From a virus, in the IMG/VR virus record IMGVR_UViG_3300048672_001165, positions 1-64,000 of that record: 64,000 nt of DNA; one strand, written 5' to 3'. Under the pieces are notes generated by a model. It was not told the DNA's origin and searched no databases. It saw nothing but the letters and a program-made list of their open reading frames with translations. Shown one piece after another: positions 1 through 10,725 of the stretch; the first letter of the stretch is position 1, and each line of letters opens with the position of its first letter. Both the position numbers and the translations under genes were made by a program.

Positions 1-41
1 GGAGATAAAGTCCTAGCAGGGCGTTTATGCCGTACTAAATG

Positions 42-3000
42 TTAGTACCCGTTAAAGTGGGCCGACAAGTACCACTTCGGGAATGTTGATGTGCCAGTGC
101 TCACCGCAATCGGCATGAGCGCGTTAAGCGGTGTGCCAATGACCTTACCATTCTGAGTCAAGATGCACCCGATATACTTATCGGAGTTAGCCAAATTGCC
201 TACAGTGGCGGTGGTATTGGTTTCAGGGTCAATCACCAAAATGCTAGTGGCTAGCCGTGGCATGCAGTAAACCTTGCCGTTAGCGCCAAGGGTGCTGCTG
301 CCGTACTTTAGTGTTGTGTCAAACGTACCGAACGTGGACACTGTCAGTGTTGCTGGGTCAATGACCAGCACGCCTGTGGCTTGAGCCGGTGGGCAATAGA
401 TTTTGCCGTTAGGGGCCAGTGTACCGGTCAGGTACTTTGACCCCGTACCGGAAACGACCCCAAACGTTGTATAGGTATCCGTGTTTGGATCAATACGAAG
501 AATAGTCGCAGCGCCTTCAGGGATACCGTAGATGAACCCATCCATCCCTAGAACAGCGTCGTAATATGCACCGATCCCACTGCCCAATGTCGTCACGGTT
601 TGTGTTGCAGGGTTAATCACCAGAATGTTACCTGTGGTTATAGACACTGCGTAAATCTTGCCGTTAGGGGCCAGCGCACAACCTCTATAACTTCCCAAGC
701 CACTGCCAATGGTAGACAGGGTGTTATTGTTGGGATCAATCACCAGTACGTTAGCAGCGGTTGCGGGGGCGCAGTAAATTTTACCGTCACGAGCCAAGCG
801 GCCGGTGATGTATTTACTTGAGCCTGCACCTGGAGAGCCAAACGTAAACGTCGCTCCCGTATCCGGGTCTGTGACCAAGATGCTGGTTGCATTGTAAGGA
901 ATAGAATACACTTTTCCGTTAGGCGCCAGTACACCACCTGCATAGAGGTTTGTGCCAGACAGAATACCAGAACCATTGGTCACAATCGTGACAGTAAATC
1001 CACTGGTACCTGCAGTAGCTGTTGTGTTATCCGCAGGACTAGCGCTCACAAAGGTGACGCTTCCTGCCCCATCGACGCCGACACTCTTGTAAGCCGCGTC
1101 CGTGCTAAATGCACTGGCAATCGCAGCAGCCACTGCAATGGCAGTAGCTCCTGTGGTGATGTTCACTTGAACATAGCGCCCAGCACCACTGACAGGTTGA
1201 GTGCCGCTACCAGACACCTGGAACCACACGTCGATGATTTGTTCACTGACTGCCGGGTTGACTTGAGCAGCCGTGCCACCCATGCCAAACAAACGGAAGT
1301 ACTTGCCCGCCAAGCTGCCTGCAGTATCTGCCAGCGCGGTGACCTTCACCGTTTCATACTGACCACCCAAATGTTGAATGGCGTTCTCAGGAATCGGCAG
1401 GTCAAACAAATCAGTCAGCAAAGCGCTGGAGTTATTGACCGAGTTCAGCGGACCAAACTCGATGTTTTCAATGGCAGATGCGTTCAGCGTATAAAGGCTG
1501 CAGTCAAAGTACAAAGGACCATTGACATTAGCAGCCACTGACCTGATAATTGTGCCGTTGATCTGATAGATGATCGTATCACCATCGTACAATATCGTCA
1601 GAATGTCTCCGACAGCGATGGTCCCTACCGAGTCAATTGCTGAGCCAGACTCTCTGATATTGAGCGTGGTGTTGCCGTTACAGTAGAAACAGTAATCGAT
1701 GCCCAAGTAACCCGCATCGGTGCTGGGGTCGGTATTCAAACCCGCTATCCAACCCGTGCTGGTGCTGGTCACTTGCATGCGCAAGTAGCATCCGTTGGTG
1801 TAACCCACCTTACTGTACGCCCCTGCATCCCACGTACTGGTCACGCCACCTGTCTTCAAGATACGGGTACCTCGAATGGTGACGTTGGTGCCAACCAGAC
1901 CCAGGTTATTACCTGCACCACCTTGGTTGGCAAACATGAACGAGTAATCGGATTCAGCACCATCCATCACCTCCATACGAGGTTTGCCCCATTGCACGGT
2001 GGCAATCTGGGTGGTTGCTGTAGCCTTATACAAACCACTACGCAGTCTGAAAGCAGTAGCAGCGGTATTCCAGTTGAAGTCAGTGACGCCAGACCAACTC
2101 ACACGAGCACCCGTGTCCATGTCATACAGCGCACCGTTGGTGGTTAGACCCGTGACACCGGTGGGGTAAATATACGCCACCATCAGGTACCACTTGTTTT
2201 GTACCATGTTAATTAAGTTCAACGTGGCAAAGTACGGGTTGGCGTTGGTCACGCTGGTATTGAGCGTGTCCAATGTACCAGCGACGTTGGTGCCACCGAT
2301 GTACAGCAGTTGGCTGTCGGTGTTTGCGCTGGTGCGCCTCACAGGAATCATGACTCGGTAAGCCCGGTCATTCTTAATCGCCACAGGTGCATTAATTGGG
2401 CCAGCAAACCAGCTGGTCAACCCCACGATGGAGTCACCCTGCCACACCAGACCTTGTTCACCATTGGGCATGGTAACCCAAGCGGTTGAGTTGGTACCTT
2501 GGACGCTGTAGTACGCCCAACCATCCACGGGGCTACCCCAATGAGGAGCCGCCAGCAAGTTGTTTTTGACACTGTCATCACTCAGCACAGTGCCGTTTTC
2601 ATCCTTGACCTGAATCAAAGGAAGACCGGCTGTCAAAGAGACTGCACCAGTTACTGTGATCGTACCACCCACCGTGAGGTTAGTCCCCACAGCCACAGTG
2701 CCTGAGGTATCAAGGGTATTAGAGTACAAACCCTTCCAACGAAGAGTTGCACTACCTTGATCATACGTGCCTGTAGCAAACGGCAAGTAGTTACCACTTG
2801 CATCCCAGTAAGCACGCTTTGTCGGACTTGTACCACCCACTGCAGTAGTCGCCACATAGATGCGACCAGGTACACTTCCAGTTGCAGGAGAGCCGTCTAC
2901 AACGGCCACAATTTCAGCAGCCGTACTGCGCAGGTTTGTGCCATCAGCACCTACCCACGTCACACCACCCAGACCGTCCCCGTTTTGAACCACAGTTGAA

Positions 3001-6000
3001 TCACCCACTGCCGTGCCGCGAGTGCGAGCAAACGCAATGGTAGGTCCATAGCCTACGGTGGTGCTGTTATGTGTCACAATGGTCATACCTGACCACGTGT
3101 TAGCACGAACTGTTTCCAAGTTCATCAGCATCGTACCACCTGCGTTAGCGCCGTTAGCGACGTTCACAGGACGAGGCGCTGAGCCTTGGCTATTCAGATG
3201 ACCATAAGAGTTAAACCGCCACGCTTCATTGAACGTGCCGTCACCGTTATAAGCCACACCAATGGCAATACCTGCAGGGATATTACCAGCAGCAGGAGTT
3301 TGTTCCACCACAGAGCGGACGTAACCCGTCCTGCGTAAACCAGTAGAGCCGTCATGTGCTACAAAGTGAACACCGCCCACTTCGTCGCCGGCACTGACCA
3401 GACCAGATGCTCCAACGGCAGCACCTCTGCTCTTACCCAGGATCAGGTGAGAGCCGTTAGCGTCTGCAGAGTAACGCACCACACCTAACGAGGTGGTGGC
3501 ATCACTCGTACCTTGAATCTGCACAGCGCTGATGAAAGCACCGGTGAAGTCTGTCGTGACAGGAGACGCTGCACCAAAGACAAACCGGCCACTCGTATCC
3601 TTCGTGAGGTGAGTAGTACCAATCGTCATAGTGCCTGTGCCACCTGTGAAGGTGCCGCTGTAGTCCACATTCACGCTGTACTGGTTATTCCAGCGCAGTG
3701 TAGAACTACCGCTGTCTTGAGCAGCTGTCGTCTTAGGCAGGTGATGACCTGCAGACGTGTAGCGAGCTACTTCAGCCATATTGGCCGCATTGACACGTGT
3801 TGTCAAGATCAGTGCGCCAGCCGTATCACCCGCTGTTGCGTTTTCCTTGATACCTTGGATACCTGCAAAGCCAATCTTGGTGGTGCCAGTATAGTTACCA
3901 TAGAAGGTAATACCGCCACCCACACCCGCTGCTACAACGGTCGTGTCAACCAACGCCAGATGGAACCTCTGAGCATTACCTGTGACCAGTGTACCTGCTG
4001 ATTCAACAGCCAGCGTGGTGTACAGGTTGGTACTGCCAATGGTGACATTGCCACTGGCGTCCTTATAAAACTGACCGGAGCCAATATTGACAACGCCAGT
4101 TCCACCTGTCAGGGTACCTGCATAGTCCAAGTTGGTCACATACTGGTTATTCCAGCGGAACGTGCTGGTACCAGAGTCTACACCGTTGTTGGTTTCAGGC
4201 CTCAGAGTACCTGCGCCCGTGATACGGATGCGCGCAGTTGCGGCTAAACCGTTAGTGCCGCCAGGGTTGGTAGAGAAGACAATTTCGCCTTCTTGCCCTT
4301 GCGTGGCTCTATAGAACGCAATTTCAGCCGCTGTACCTGCGCTGTCAAAGTTAAACCGGTTGAGCGTAATAGCCGCCAGCTTGGTGTTGATGGTACTGTT
4401 ATCAGCTTGAATCAGCCACGTGTTGGTGCTGTTCAAAGCGACCTTGGTCGTGATCAAACCGCCTGTTGTAGTGGTCGTGCCAAAACCAATGTTGCCACTG
4501 GCGTCCTTATAAAACTGGCCACTGCCCAGGTTCACAACCCCTGTACCACCTGTGAGCAACCCACTGTACGTGATACTGGTTGCAGACACATTAGGAACTG
4601 TCAGCAGACTGCCATTTGCATCGTAGCTGAGCGCACCATCCAAACCAAAGATGGTCGCATTAGTCGCTGTTGCATTACCGCTATCGTACGCCTCAATGGT
4701 CGTCTTGATATTGTAAGACGTCGTCGCGTGGTTGTGGAAGATCTGGATATTGCTACCCGTGATCTTGAGCTGAGGGTAGTTACCGCCTGCGATGGTGTTG
4801 GTGGTGACCAGCTTGGCTGCCCACACACCACCTGAGTAGGTGACAATATAAACACTACCGGTGACGTTAGATGTGCTGGTAATGCTCAGACGAATACGGT
4901 AAGCCATATTCGTCGTTAGTGCAGTCACCCCAGTTGACACTTCAATGGTGACCGATGCCCCTACGGCAACGGCATAGGTCTTGGTGTACTGGGTCAGCGC
5001 TGCAATGGCGTTAGAGTTTGCGGTATCCGCTGCGGCACGCGTATTGGCTTCAGCCGTGATCGCATTAGCTCTTGCAGTGGCTTCATTATCAATGTTAGTT
5101 TGCAGTGTTGTATCTGCGCTAGTCCGCGCAGTGATTTCATTATCAATGCGAGTACCCAATGCCGTATCAGCATTGGCTCTTGCAGTTGCTTCTGCGCTAT
5201 CCGCGGTTGCTAGTGCGTCCGTGAGCGCAGTGCGCGTCGTGATTTCGTTATTCAGCGTTGTTGTGAGTGTTGTGTCTGCAGAAGTGCGTGCAGTAGTCTC
5301 TGCAGTCAGATCGGCACGAAGTCCGTTTGTCAAACCCAAACGGGTCGTGACTTCAGTGTCAATTGCTGTTTGTAGCGCAGCGTCTGCACCTGCACGGTTA
5401 GAGACTTCAGTGTCAATCCGGGTACCGAGCGCGGTATCGGCACTGGCGCGTGCAGTAGCCTCATTGCTGATTGAAGTTGCATTGGCACTGTCACCTGCTA
5501 TCCGAGCTGCAGTCTCTGTATCCAGAGCAGCAGTCATCTCAGAGGGGAACAAAGCCAGTGCTGCAATATCTGCAGACAGTGACGTGTTCAGTGCTGTAAT
5601 GGCCGCAGCGCGTGCCGCTGCTTCAGCAGTGATTGCATTAGCATTGGTCGTGTCAGCTGCAGTACGTGCCGTTGTTTCATTACTAAGGGCAGTGGTCAAG
5701 TCACCCGTAGCGGCCAACCAAGCGTTATGCTCAGTATCGATACGTGCACCAAGTGCTGTGTCTGCACTGGTGCGTGCCGTAGTTTCAGCCGTCAGGTCAG
5801 TACGAAGACCAGACGTGACAGTAGAGCGCGCTGTAATCTCATCAGCAATCGCTGCAGCGTTGACACTGTCAGCGTTAGCACGAGCAGTGGTTTCAGCTGT
5901 CAGATCAGTACGCAAGCCCGCTACGTCTGTTCCCAGACCAGACAGACTTGCTGACGTTGAGCTGCTCAGCGCAGTAATAGCAGACTGTCGATCAGAAATC

Positions 6001-9000
6001 TCAGTAGCCAAGGCTTGACTCAAAGCAGTCGTATCGCCTTGACGGGCAGTTACTTCTGCAGCCAGGTCAGTAGTGAGCTTACTGGTTTGTTGTGCACGGG
6101 TGGTGGCTTCTGCAGCTGCCGACTGCGTCACTGCCGTGATGGCATCAGCACGAGTCGTCGCTTCTGTATCCAGAGCAGTCGACAAGTTGTTGATAGACGT
6201 AGTACGTGCAGTTGTTTCTGCAGCAATTGCTACATTGACAGCAATAACGTCATTAGTGCGTGCCGTAGTTTCAGCCGCCAGCGCCAAATTCAGAGAAGCG
6301 GTTTGTTCACTGCGAGTCGTCACTTCTGCTGCCAAAGCGGTGTTAGTTGCTGTATCAGCCGCTTCACGCGCACTCACCTCGGCGGTCAACGCAGTATTTT
6401 GCGCCGTATCAGCACCTGTACGTGCACTGGTTTCTGCAGTCAAATCCGTACGCAGGCTAGCCAGCTCAGTATTGATAGCTGTAAGCGCTGTCGCATTGGC
6501 AGCCTGATCTTGACTCTGTTGCAAAATAGCTGCACCCAGCGCATTGTTCAGCGCCGTATCAGCACTGGCACGAGTCGTTGCTTCAGACGACAAAGCGTTT
6601 GTTAGCGTGGCGATAGCGCCCGTACGAGCAGTGGTCTCAGCAGTCAGATTAGTCTGCAGTGTCGAGGTCAAGGCCTCTAGCGCAACGACCCGATTAGTCA
6701 GGTCAGTAATGATGGCGCCGTCGATTCCGCCACCCGTTGCGACATTGGCAAGGATGGCATTGATGCTGTCAATTTCAGTTTGCAGATGTGCCGTCGCTGT
6801 AGTGCGAGTAGCGACTTCAGTCGTCAGTGAATCTGCAACCGCTGTCACTGCCGCTGCACGTGCAGCCACTTCAGCGTCTAGAGCAGTAGATACAGTGGTG
6901 ATGGCAAGCTGCCTTGCAGTCGTTTCAGCTGCCAGCGCTTGCGTCTGCGCTGTATCGGCAGCTTGGCGGGCTGTGGTTTCACTACTCAAATCAGAAGCAA
7001 AGCCTGACACTGAGTTGGTGCGGGCTGTAACCTCATCATTGATCTGTTGTTGAAGCGCATTGTCGCCCGTTTGGCGGGCGTTGACTTCACCAGAGATCGA
7101 CAGGTTCACCAAACCAATCGCATTGGTACGCGCTGTGGTTTCAGAAGCTAAACCCGTATAGAGGTTGTTAATTGCAGTCGTGCGATCAGACGTCTCGGTA
7201 GTCAGAGCAGTACCCAAGGCACTGAGGTCTTGAGCCAAAGCAGACAACTGAGCTGTCAGCGTTGTATTAAGTTGGCTGACTGCCGCTTCACGCGCACTGA
7301 CCTCACTAGAGATGGACGCGTTCAGCGTTGTTGTGGCATTGGTCAGCGAGCTTTGCAGTGCAGTAATGCTAGACTGTACAGCTGAGATGGCAGTGCTACG
7401 AGTCGTGACTTCTGATCCAAGATCAGTTGACAACTGGCTCAAAACAATATTGATGTTGTTAATGCTGGTTTGTAGCCCAGCATCTGCAGCAGCGCGAGTT
7501 TGAGCTTCAGCCGTCAGGTCTGACAGGTGTACATCCCCTGCCGTAGCCAAGCTACTTTGAAGCGCAGCCACTTGAGTGCTCAGAGCACTCACAGCAGTTT
7601 GTCGTTCAGTGATTTCCGTATCAAGGGCAGCTTGATTGGCTTTCAAGCTGAGGATACTCATGAGCGGGCCTGTATCGGCCAGCGCATCCACAGAACCAAT
7701 CGTCCAGCCTACTTCTGCACCCCGGTACACCAGCACCACGGTGGCTCCAGACATGTCCAGAGTCTGAGTGGTGTTTGCATGTCCAAAATAGGTGTTGTTA
7801 GTGAGGATCGTGTGATTGACACCCCAGTCAAACCCTGCATCGATCAGGAAGTAGATGTCATCAATACTTGGATTGGCTGGCAGCTCTATGGTGACCGGCC
7901 CACCCAACGTATCAATCATGGTGACTTTATTCAAGTCCGTGAAAGGGCTCAGTGCAGTGTTGGTCTTGACCAACCGGCCCGTGCTGATCATGCCGCGAGT
8001 AATTGTCGCGTAATTGATCGGGTCACTCCCCCGCACCGTCCAGCCTGTTGTCAGACCACGGTAGGTGAAGATGGCAAAGCCACCCGCCGTATTGAGCACC
8101 CAAGGATTATTTTGACCAAAGACGGTACCGCCTTCAACCGTCAGAGGCTTAGTTCCCCAACTTGAGACCGGATCAAAGAAAGCGTACTCGTCGTCGACAG
8201 CTGGGCTGGAGGGTAGCGTCAGCGTGAAAGCACCTGCGCTGGTATTAGCCCCCATGGCCGTATGCATGTCGCTGATCAGAACAACATCACTCTGAGTGAA
8301 CGTGCGTCCCGTCAGATTCAAAGGAGCGACGTGGACATTGCCAGGATCTTGCACCAAAGGCATCAAGACCCAGCCCACATCTCCACCGCGGTACACCAGA
8401 GCAGCAGTCAGTCCGGTTTGGTTCAGCACCAAACCACGATGCTGGCCGTAGAAGATGTTGTTGTTGATCGCCAGGGCATGAACACCAAACTGGCTGTAAG
8501 CATCTTGGATATAGTAGATGTCATCAACGTTGGGGCTAGTCGGCAAGTCCAGGTTAAAGCTGCCTGCGCGAGTATCAATCAAAGTGACCTTGCTCAGGTC
8601 ACTGATAACCAGCGCTTCAGCAATGCTGATTGTACGGCCCGTAGGGGCGCTGTAGGCGTTTAAATCGACACTCAGAGTACCAAAGGTCGGAACAACCGTC
8701 CAGCCCGTCTGAGCGCCTCGGTAGGTGACTTGGACTTGTACACCTTTGGTGCTGAGCGTATAGCTTTGGTTCTGACCAAAGTAACGATTTGTGCTCAGAA
8801 CAACAGGGTGAGTATCAAACTTCTGAGCTGAGTCAGCTAAAAAGAACGTATCGCCCACCTGCGGGTTGCTGATGAGCGTGAGGTTAAAGCCTGCAACACT
8901 TGTATCGACCAGCAGCAAGCTGTTCAAGTCACTGCGCTGCAGCACAGTGCCTGCAGCAATACGCCGCCCAGTGCTGATGGTGTATTCAGGAATAGCTCCC

Positions 9001-9770
9001 CAATCCCCACTTCCAAACAGCGCTTTGTTTTGATCACCAGCTTGCGGGCGTTTGACCAAACCAGATTGTCCGGCCGTGGTGGCGGTTGCACCCACAAAGT
9101 CAGCCACGGGGGCTGCCAAAGCGACGTTCGTGACACCGCCCCAAGAAGTCGTGTCCCAAACAGCCGAGGTGTGAGGCGTGATGCAAAACCACACCTTACC
9201 CCCGTCATCAACAGCGTGACCTTTGTACGAGTAGTAGTTAGGACCAATCAGATCCGTTGTGATTTTGGTGTTGGCTAAAAACACCCACTTATCAGCATCC
9301 GACTCAAACAAATCAGAGGAGCTGTGGTCAACTGTGGCCTTTAACAGCTGCCCATTGAACTCGACCATGTAGCCTGCACGGATAGGGGTATTGGCTGTCC
9401 ACTCCCCGAGATCCGCATCAAAGCCAGAAACCTTTTCCAGACAACCTGCTTCAATATCAGCGTCCAGCGTGGTGGAGGTATGCTCTTTGATGACGTGGTA
9501 CAGGTCTCCGTTGACATACGGAAACAAGTCCACCACGTCGAACTTTACCCCAGTGACCCAAGGGATGAGGGAGTCAGTACTCAAATGGGTGACGTGGATA
9601 AACGCCCAGTCACCATTCAAGTTTTTGTAGTTGATACTTTTGCCTTGCAAAGGGCGAGGCACGACGCCAGGCAGGCCATCTTGTTCATCACGAAAACGAA
9701 GCTTGGCTGTGATATCAGCCAGGTTGTTCGAGATAAAAGCCAGTCGTTGAGGGTTGGTGGCGTAAGTCAT
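42..9770 (-). CDS. Giant tail fibre / receptor-binding protein (3242 aa)
   Basis: Modular protein. N-terminal Trp-containing repeats, four ~110-aa repeats (VDT..G.F.L.LP..P.VdD.y...D), a ~870-aa Ala/Thr-rich coiled coil with E(T/V)(T/A)AR repeats, repeated beta-rich fibre modules (YxGxLTGGTGVVN.GSGQFYKDASGN), and C-terminal LAPNGKIY-type beta-propeller repeats. Confidence 0.8.
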   Translation of the reverse strand: MTYATNPQRLAFISNNLADITAKLRFRDEQDGLPGVVPRPLQGKSINYKNLNGDWAFIHVTHLSTDSLIPWVTGVKFDVVDLFPYVNGDLYHVIKEHTSTTLDADIEAGCLEKVSGFDADLGEWTANTPIRAGYMVEFNGQLLKATVDHSSSDLFESDADKWVFLANTKITTDLIGPNYYSYKGHAVDDGGKVWFCITPHTSAVWDTTSWGGVTNVALAAPVADFVGATATTAGQSGLVKRPQAGDQNKALFGSGDWGAIPEYTISTGRRIAAGTVLQRSDLNSLLLVDTSVAGFNLTLISNPQVGDTFFLADSAQKFDTHPVVLSTNRYFGQNQSYTLSTKGVQVQVTYRGAQTGWTVVPTFGTLSVDLNAYSAPTGRTISIAEALVISDLSKVTLIDTRAGSFNLDLPTSPNVDDIYYIQDAYSQFGVHALAINNNIFYGQHRGLVLNQTGLTAALVYRGGDVGWVLMPLVQDPGNVHVAPLNLTGRTFTQSDVVLISDMHTAMGANTSAGAFTLTLPSSPAVDDEYAFFDPVSSWGTKPLTVEGGTVFGQNNPWVLNTAGGFAIFTYRGLTTGWTVRGSDPINYATITRGMISTGRLVKTNTALSPFTDLNKVTMIDTLGGPVTIELPANPSIDDIYFLIDAGFDWGVNHTILTNNTYFGHANTTQTLDMSGATVVLVYRGAEVGWTIGSVDALADTGPLMSILSLKANQAALDTEITERQTAVSALSTQVAALQSSLATAGDVHLSDLTAEAQTRAAADAGLQTSINNINIVLSQLSTDLGSEVTTRSTAISAVQSSITALQSSLTNATTTLNASISSEVSAREAAVSQLNTTLTAQLSALAQDLSALGTALTTETSDRTTAINNLYTGLASETTARTNAIGLVNLSISGEVNARQTGDNALQQQINDEVTARTNSVSGFASDLSSETTARQAADTAQTQALAAETTARQLAITTVSTALDAEVAARAAAVTAVADSLTTEVATRTTATAHLQTEIDSINAILANVATGGGIDGAIITDLTNRVVALEALTSTLQTNLTAETTARTGAIATLTNALSSEATTRASADTALNNALGAAILQQSQDQAANATALTAINTELASLRTDLTAETSARTGADTAQNTALTAEVSAREAADTATNTALAAEVTTRSEQTASLNLALAAETTARTNDVIAVNVAIAAETTARTTSINNLSTALDTEATTRADAITAVTQSAAAEATTRAQQTSKLTTDLAAEVTARQGDTTALSQALATEISDRQSAITALSSSTSASLSGLGTDVAGLRTDLTAETTARANADSVNAAAIADEITARSTVTSGLRTDLTAETTARTSADTALGARIDTEHNAWLAATGDLTTALSNETTARTAADTTNANAITAEAAARAAAITALNTSLSADIAALALFPSEMTAALDTETAARIAGDSANATSISNEATARASADTALGTRIDTEVSNRAGADAALQTAIDTEVTTRLGLTNGLRADLTAETTARTSADTTLTTTLNNEITTRTALTDALATADSAEATARANADTALGTRIDNEITARTSADTTLQTNIDNEATARANAITAEANTRAAADTANSNAIAALTQYTKTYAVAVGASVTIEVSTGVTALTTNMAYRIRLSITSTSNVTGSVYIVTYSGGVWAAKLVTTNTIAGGNYPQLKITGSNIQIFHNHATTSYNIKTTIEAYDSGNATATNATIFGLDGALSYDANGSLLTVPNVSATSITYSGLLTGGTGVVNLGSGQFYKDASGNIGFGTTTTTGGLITTKVALNSTNTWLIQADNSTINTKLAAITLNRFNFDSAGTAAEIAFYRATQGQEGEIVFSTNPGGTNGLAATARIRITGAGTLRPETNNGVDSGTSTFRWNNQYVTNLDYAGTLTGGTGVVNIGSGQFYKDASGNVTIGSTNLYTTLAVESAGTLVTGNAQRFHLALVDTTVVAAGVGGGITFYGNYTGTTKIGFAGIQGIKENATAGDTAGALILTTRVNAANMAEVARYTSAGHHLPKTTAAQDSGSSTLRWNNQYSVNVDYSGTFTGGTGTMTIGTTHLTKDTSGRFVFGAASPVTTDFTGAFISAVQIQGTSDATTSLGVVRYSADANGSHLILGKSRGAAVGASGLVSAGDEVGGVHFVAHDGSTGLRRTGYVRSVVEQTPAAGNIPAGIAIGVAYNGDGTFNEAWRFNSYGHLNSQGSAPRPVNVANGANAGGTMLMNLETVRANTWSGMTIVTHNSTTVGYGPTIAFARTRGTAVGDSTVVQNGDGLGGVTWVGADGTNLRSTAAEIVAVVDGSPATGSVPGRIYVATTAVGGTSPTKRAYWDASGNYLPFATGTYDQGSATLRWKGLYSNTLDTSGTVAVGTNLTVGGTITVTGAVSLTAGLPLIQVKDENGTVLSDDSVKNNLLAAPHWGSPVDGWAYYSVQGTNSTAWVTMPNGEQGLVWQGDSIVGLTSWFAGPINAPVAIKNDRAYRVMIPVRRTSANTDSQLLYIGGTNVAGTLDTLNTSVTNANPYFATLNLINMVQNKWYLMVAYIYPTGVTGLTTNGALYDMDTGARVSWSGVTDFNWNTAATAFRLRSGLYKATATTQIATVQWGKPRMEVMDGAESDYSFMFANQGGAGNNLGLVGTNVTIRGTRILKTGGVTSTWDAGAYSKVGYTNGCYLRMQVTSTSTGWIAGLNTDPSTDAGYLGIDYCFYCNGNTTLNIRESGSAIDSVGTIAVGDILTILYDGDTIIYQINGTIIRSVAANVNGPLYFDCSLYTLNASAIENIEFGPLNSVNNSSALLTDLFDLPIPENAIQHLGGQYETVKVTALADTAGSLAGKYFRLFGMGGTAAQVNPAVSEQIIDVWFQVSGSGTQPVSGAGRYVQVNITTGATAIAVAAAIASAFSTDAAYKSVGVDGAGSVTFVSASPADNTTATAGTSGFTVTIVTNGSGILSGTNLYAGGVLAPNGKVYSIPYNATSILVTDPDTGATFTFGSPGAGSSKYITGRLARDGKIYCAPATAANVLVIDPNNNTLSTIGSGLGSYRGCALAPNGKIYAVSITTGNILVINPATQTVTTLGSGIGAYYDAVLGMDGFIYGIPEGAATILRIDPNTDTYTTFGVVSGTGSKYLTGTLAPNGKIYCPPAQATGVLVIDPATLTVSTFGTFDTTLKYGSSTLGANGKVYCMPRLATSILVIDPETNTTATVGNLANSDKYIGCILTQNGKVIGTPLNALMPIAVSTGTSTFPKWYLSAHFNGY

Positions 9771-9988
9771 AACACGACGTTTTCCTTATCAAGCAAAAAG
9801 ATGAATAATGACGAAAAAATAAATCTATACTTAAACACAAACAAACAAAGAGCATAAGAGCCCCGTGGCAGAATAAGCTGCCACGGGGACATACGTGTTG
9901 GGTGTGGGCGTGCAGCTTTGTTGCAGTTGTCCACTAGGTATAAGAGACTTAGAGGATCAAATAATGCTAAAGCATCACATGTGTAGAA

Positions 9989-10023
9989 TGCAGAAAATAA
10001 GAACGCTATATTACCACCTTGAG
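9989..10023 (+). promoter_or_regulatory. Early (virion RNAP) promoter, TGCA-N14-TATATTAC-N5-TGAG
   Basis: Exact phiKZ early motif TATATTAC at 10007-10014, with the same spacing as seven other copies in the window. Confidence 0.75.
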
Positions 10024-10062
10024 ATGCTGTTGTCTCAAGTTCTCTTTTTAGGAGTAAAGTAA

Positions 10063-10593
10063 ATGGACGATCTGGAAAACTTCATCAAGGGTTTCTTCAT
10101 CGGGCTGATGGACATGTTGTTCATCAACGATTTCGGTGCCACATCGGTGATGCTGCCCAACCCCGACCTTTTTCAAGGAAAGAACTACACAGACGCCATG
10201 CGTGTGCGAAGCCTCATGATGGCCATGGTACATTCCCAGTACCAATGCAACGATACCATCGCAGACGGTATCGCCGACATGTGGGCGTTAAAGTCAGTCG
10301 CGTGGGAAGATGAGATGGCTCGTCTGGCTGCCGAGTCGGTGAAAGCAGGAAGTCGCATCCGCGTGTATGACGACATTGCTCATCGTTGGGTGAGTGACGA
10401 CTTCAACTCTCTGGTGTCGTCTGACTTGCTGTTCACCGTTCATTACCAAGATCAACGCAAGTTTCTTGCCATGCTGATGTGGCAGGTGGTTGGTGAACAG
10501 CAGGAGATCATTGTGAGTCAGAGCGCTCATGCCGCTTTGACGGTTTGGCCGTCCAAACGTTTCGAGAAGAAGGTGCTGCAGTACATGGCGTAA
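10063..10593 (+). CDS. Hypothetical early protein (176 aa)
   Basis: AGGAG RBS, downstream of an early promoter, followed by a terminator. Confidence 0.75.
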   Translation: MDDLENFIKGFFIGLMDMLFINDFGATSVMLPNPDLFQGKNYTDAMRVRSLMMAMVHSQYQCNDTIADGIADMWALKSVAWEDEMARLAAESVKAGSRIRVYDDIAHRWVSDDFNSLVSSDLLFTVHYQDQRKFLAMLMWQVVGEQQEIIVSQSAHAALTVWPSKRFEKKVLQYMA

Positions 10594-10610
10594 GCTGTGT
10601 GCTGTAGAGG

Positions 10611-10637
10611 AAAGGGCTTTTATGCCCTTTTCTTTTT
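10611..10637 (+). terminator. Intrinsic terminator with TTTTAT loop
   Basis: AAAGGGC-TTTTAT-GCCCTTT followed by a T-tract. Confidence 0.65.
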
Positions 10638-10643
10638 CATGAT

Positions 10644-10678
10644 TGCAAAATATCGTAAACCTATATAACCAATGTGAG
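10644..10678 (+). promoter_or_regulatory. Early promoter, TGCA-N14-TATATAAC-N5-TGAG
   Basis: Matches the conserved spacing. The following 35-bp leader is identical to that at 19748. Confidence 0.7.
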
Positions 10679-10725
10679 GTAAGGAATGTCTCTTTACCCA
10701 AGATGCTTTTAATAGGAGATGCATC

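Noticed and set aside
4981-7503. Several long plus-strand Ala/Val/Ser-rich ORFs
   Set aside because: Antisense shadows of the repetitive coiled-coil region of the giant fibre gene.
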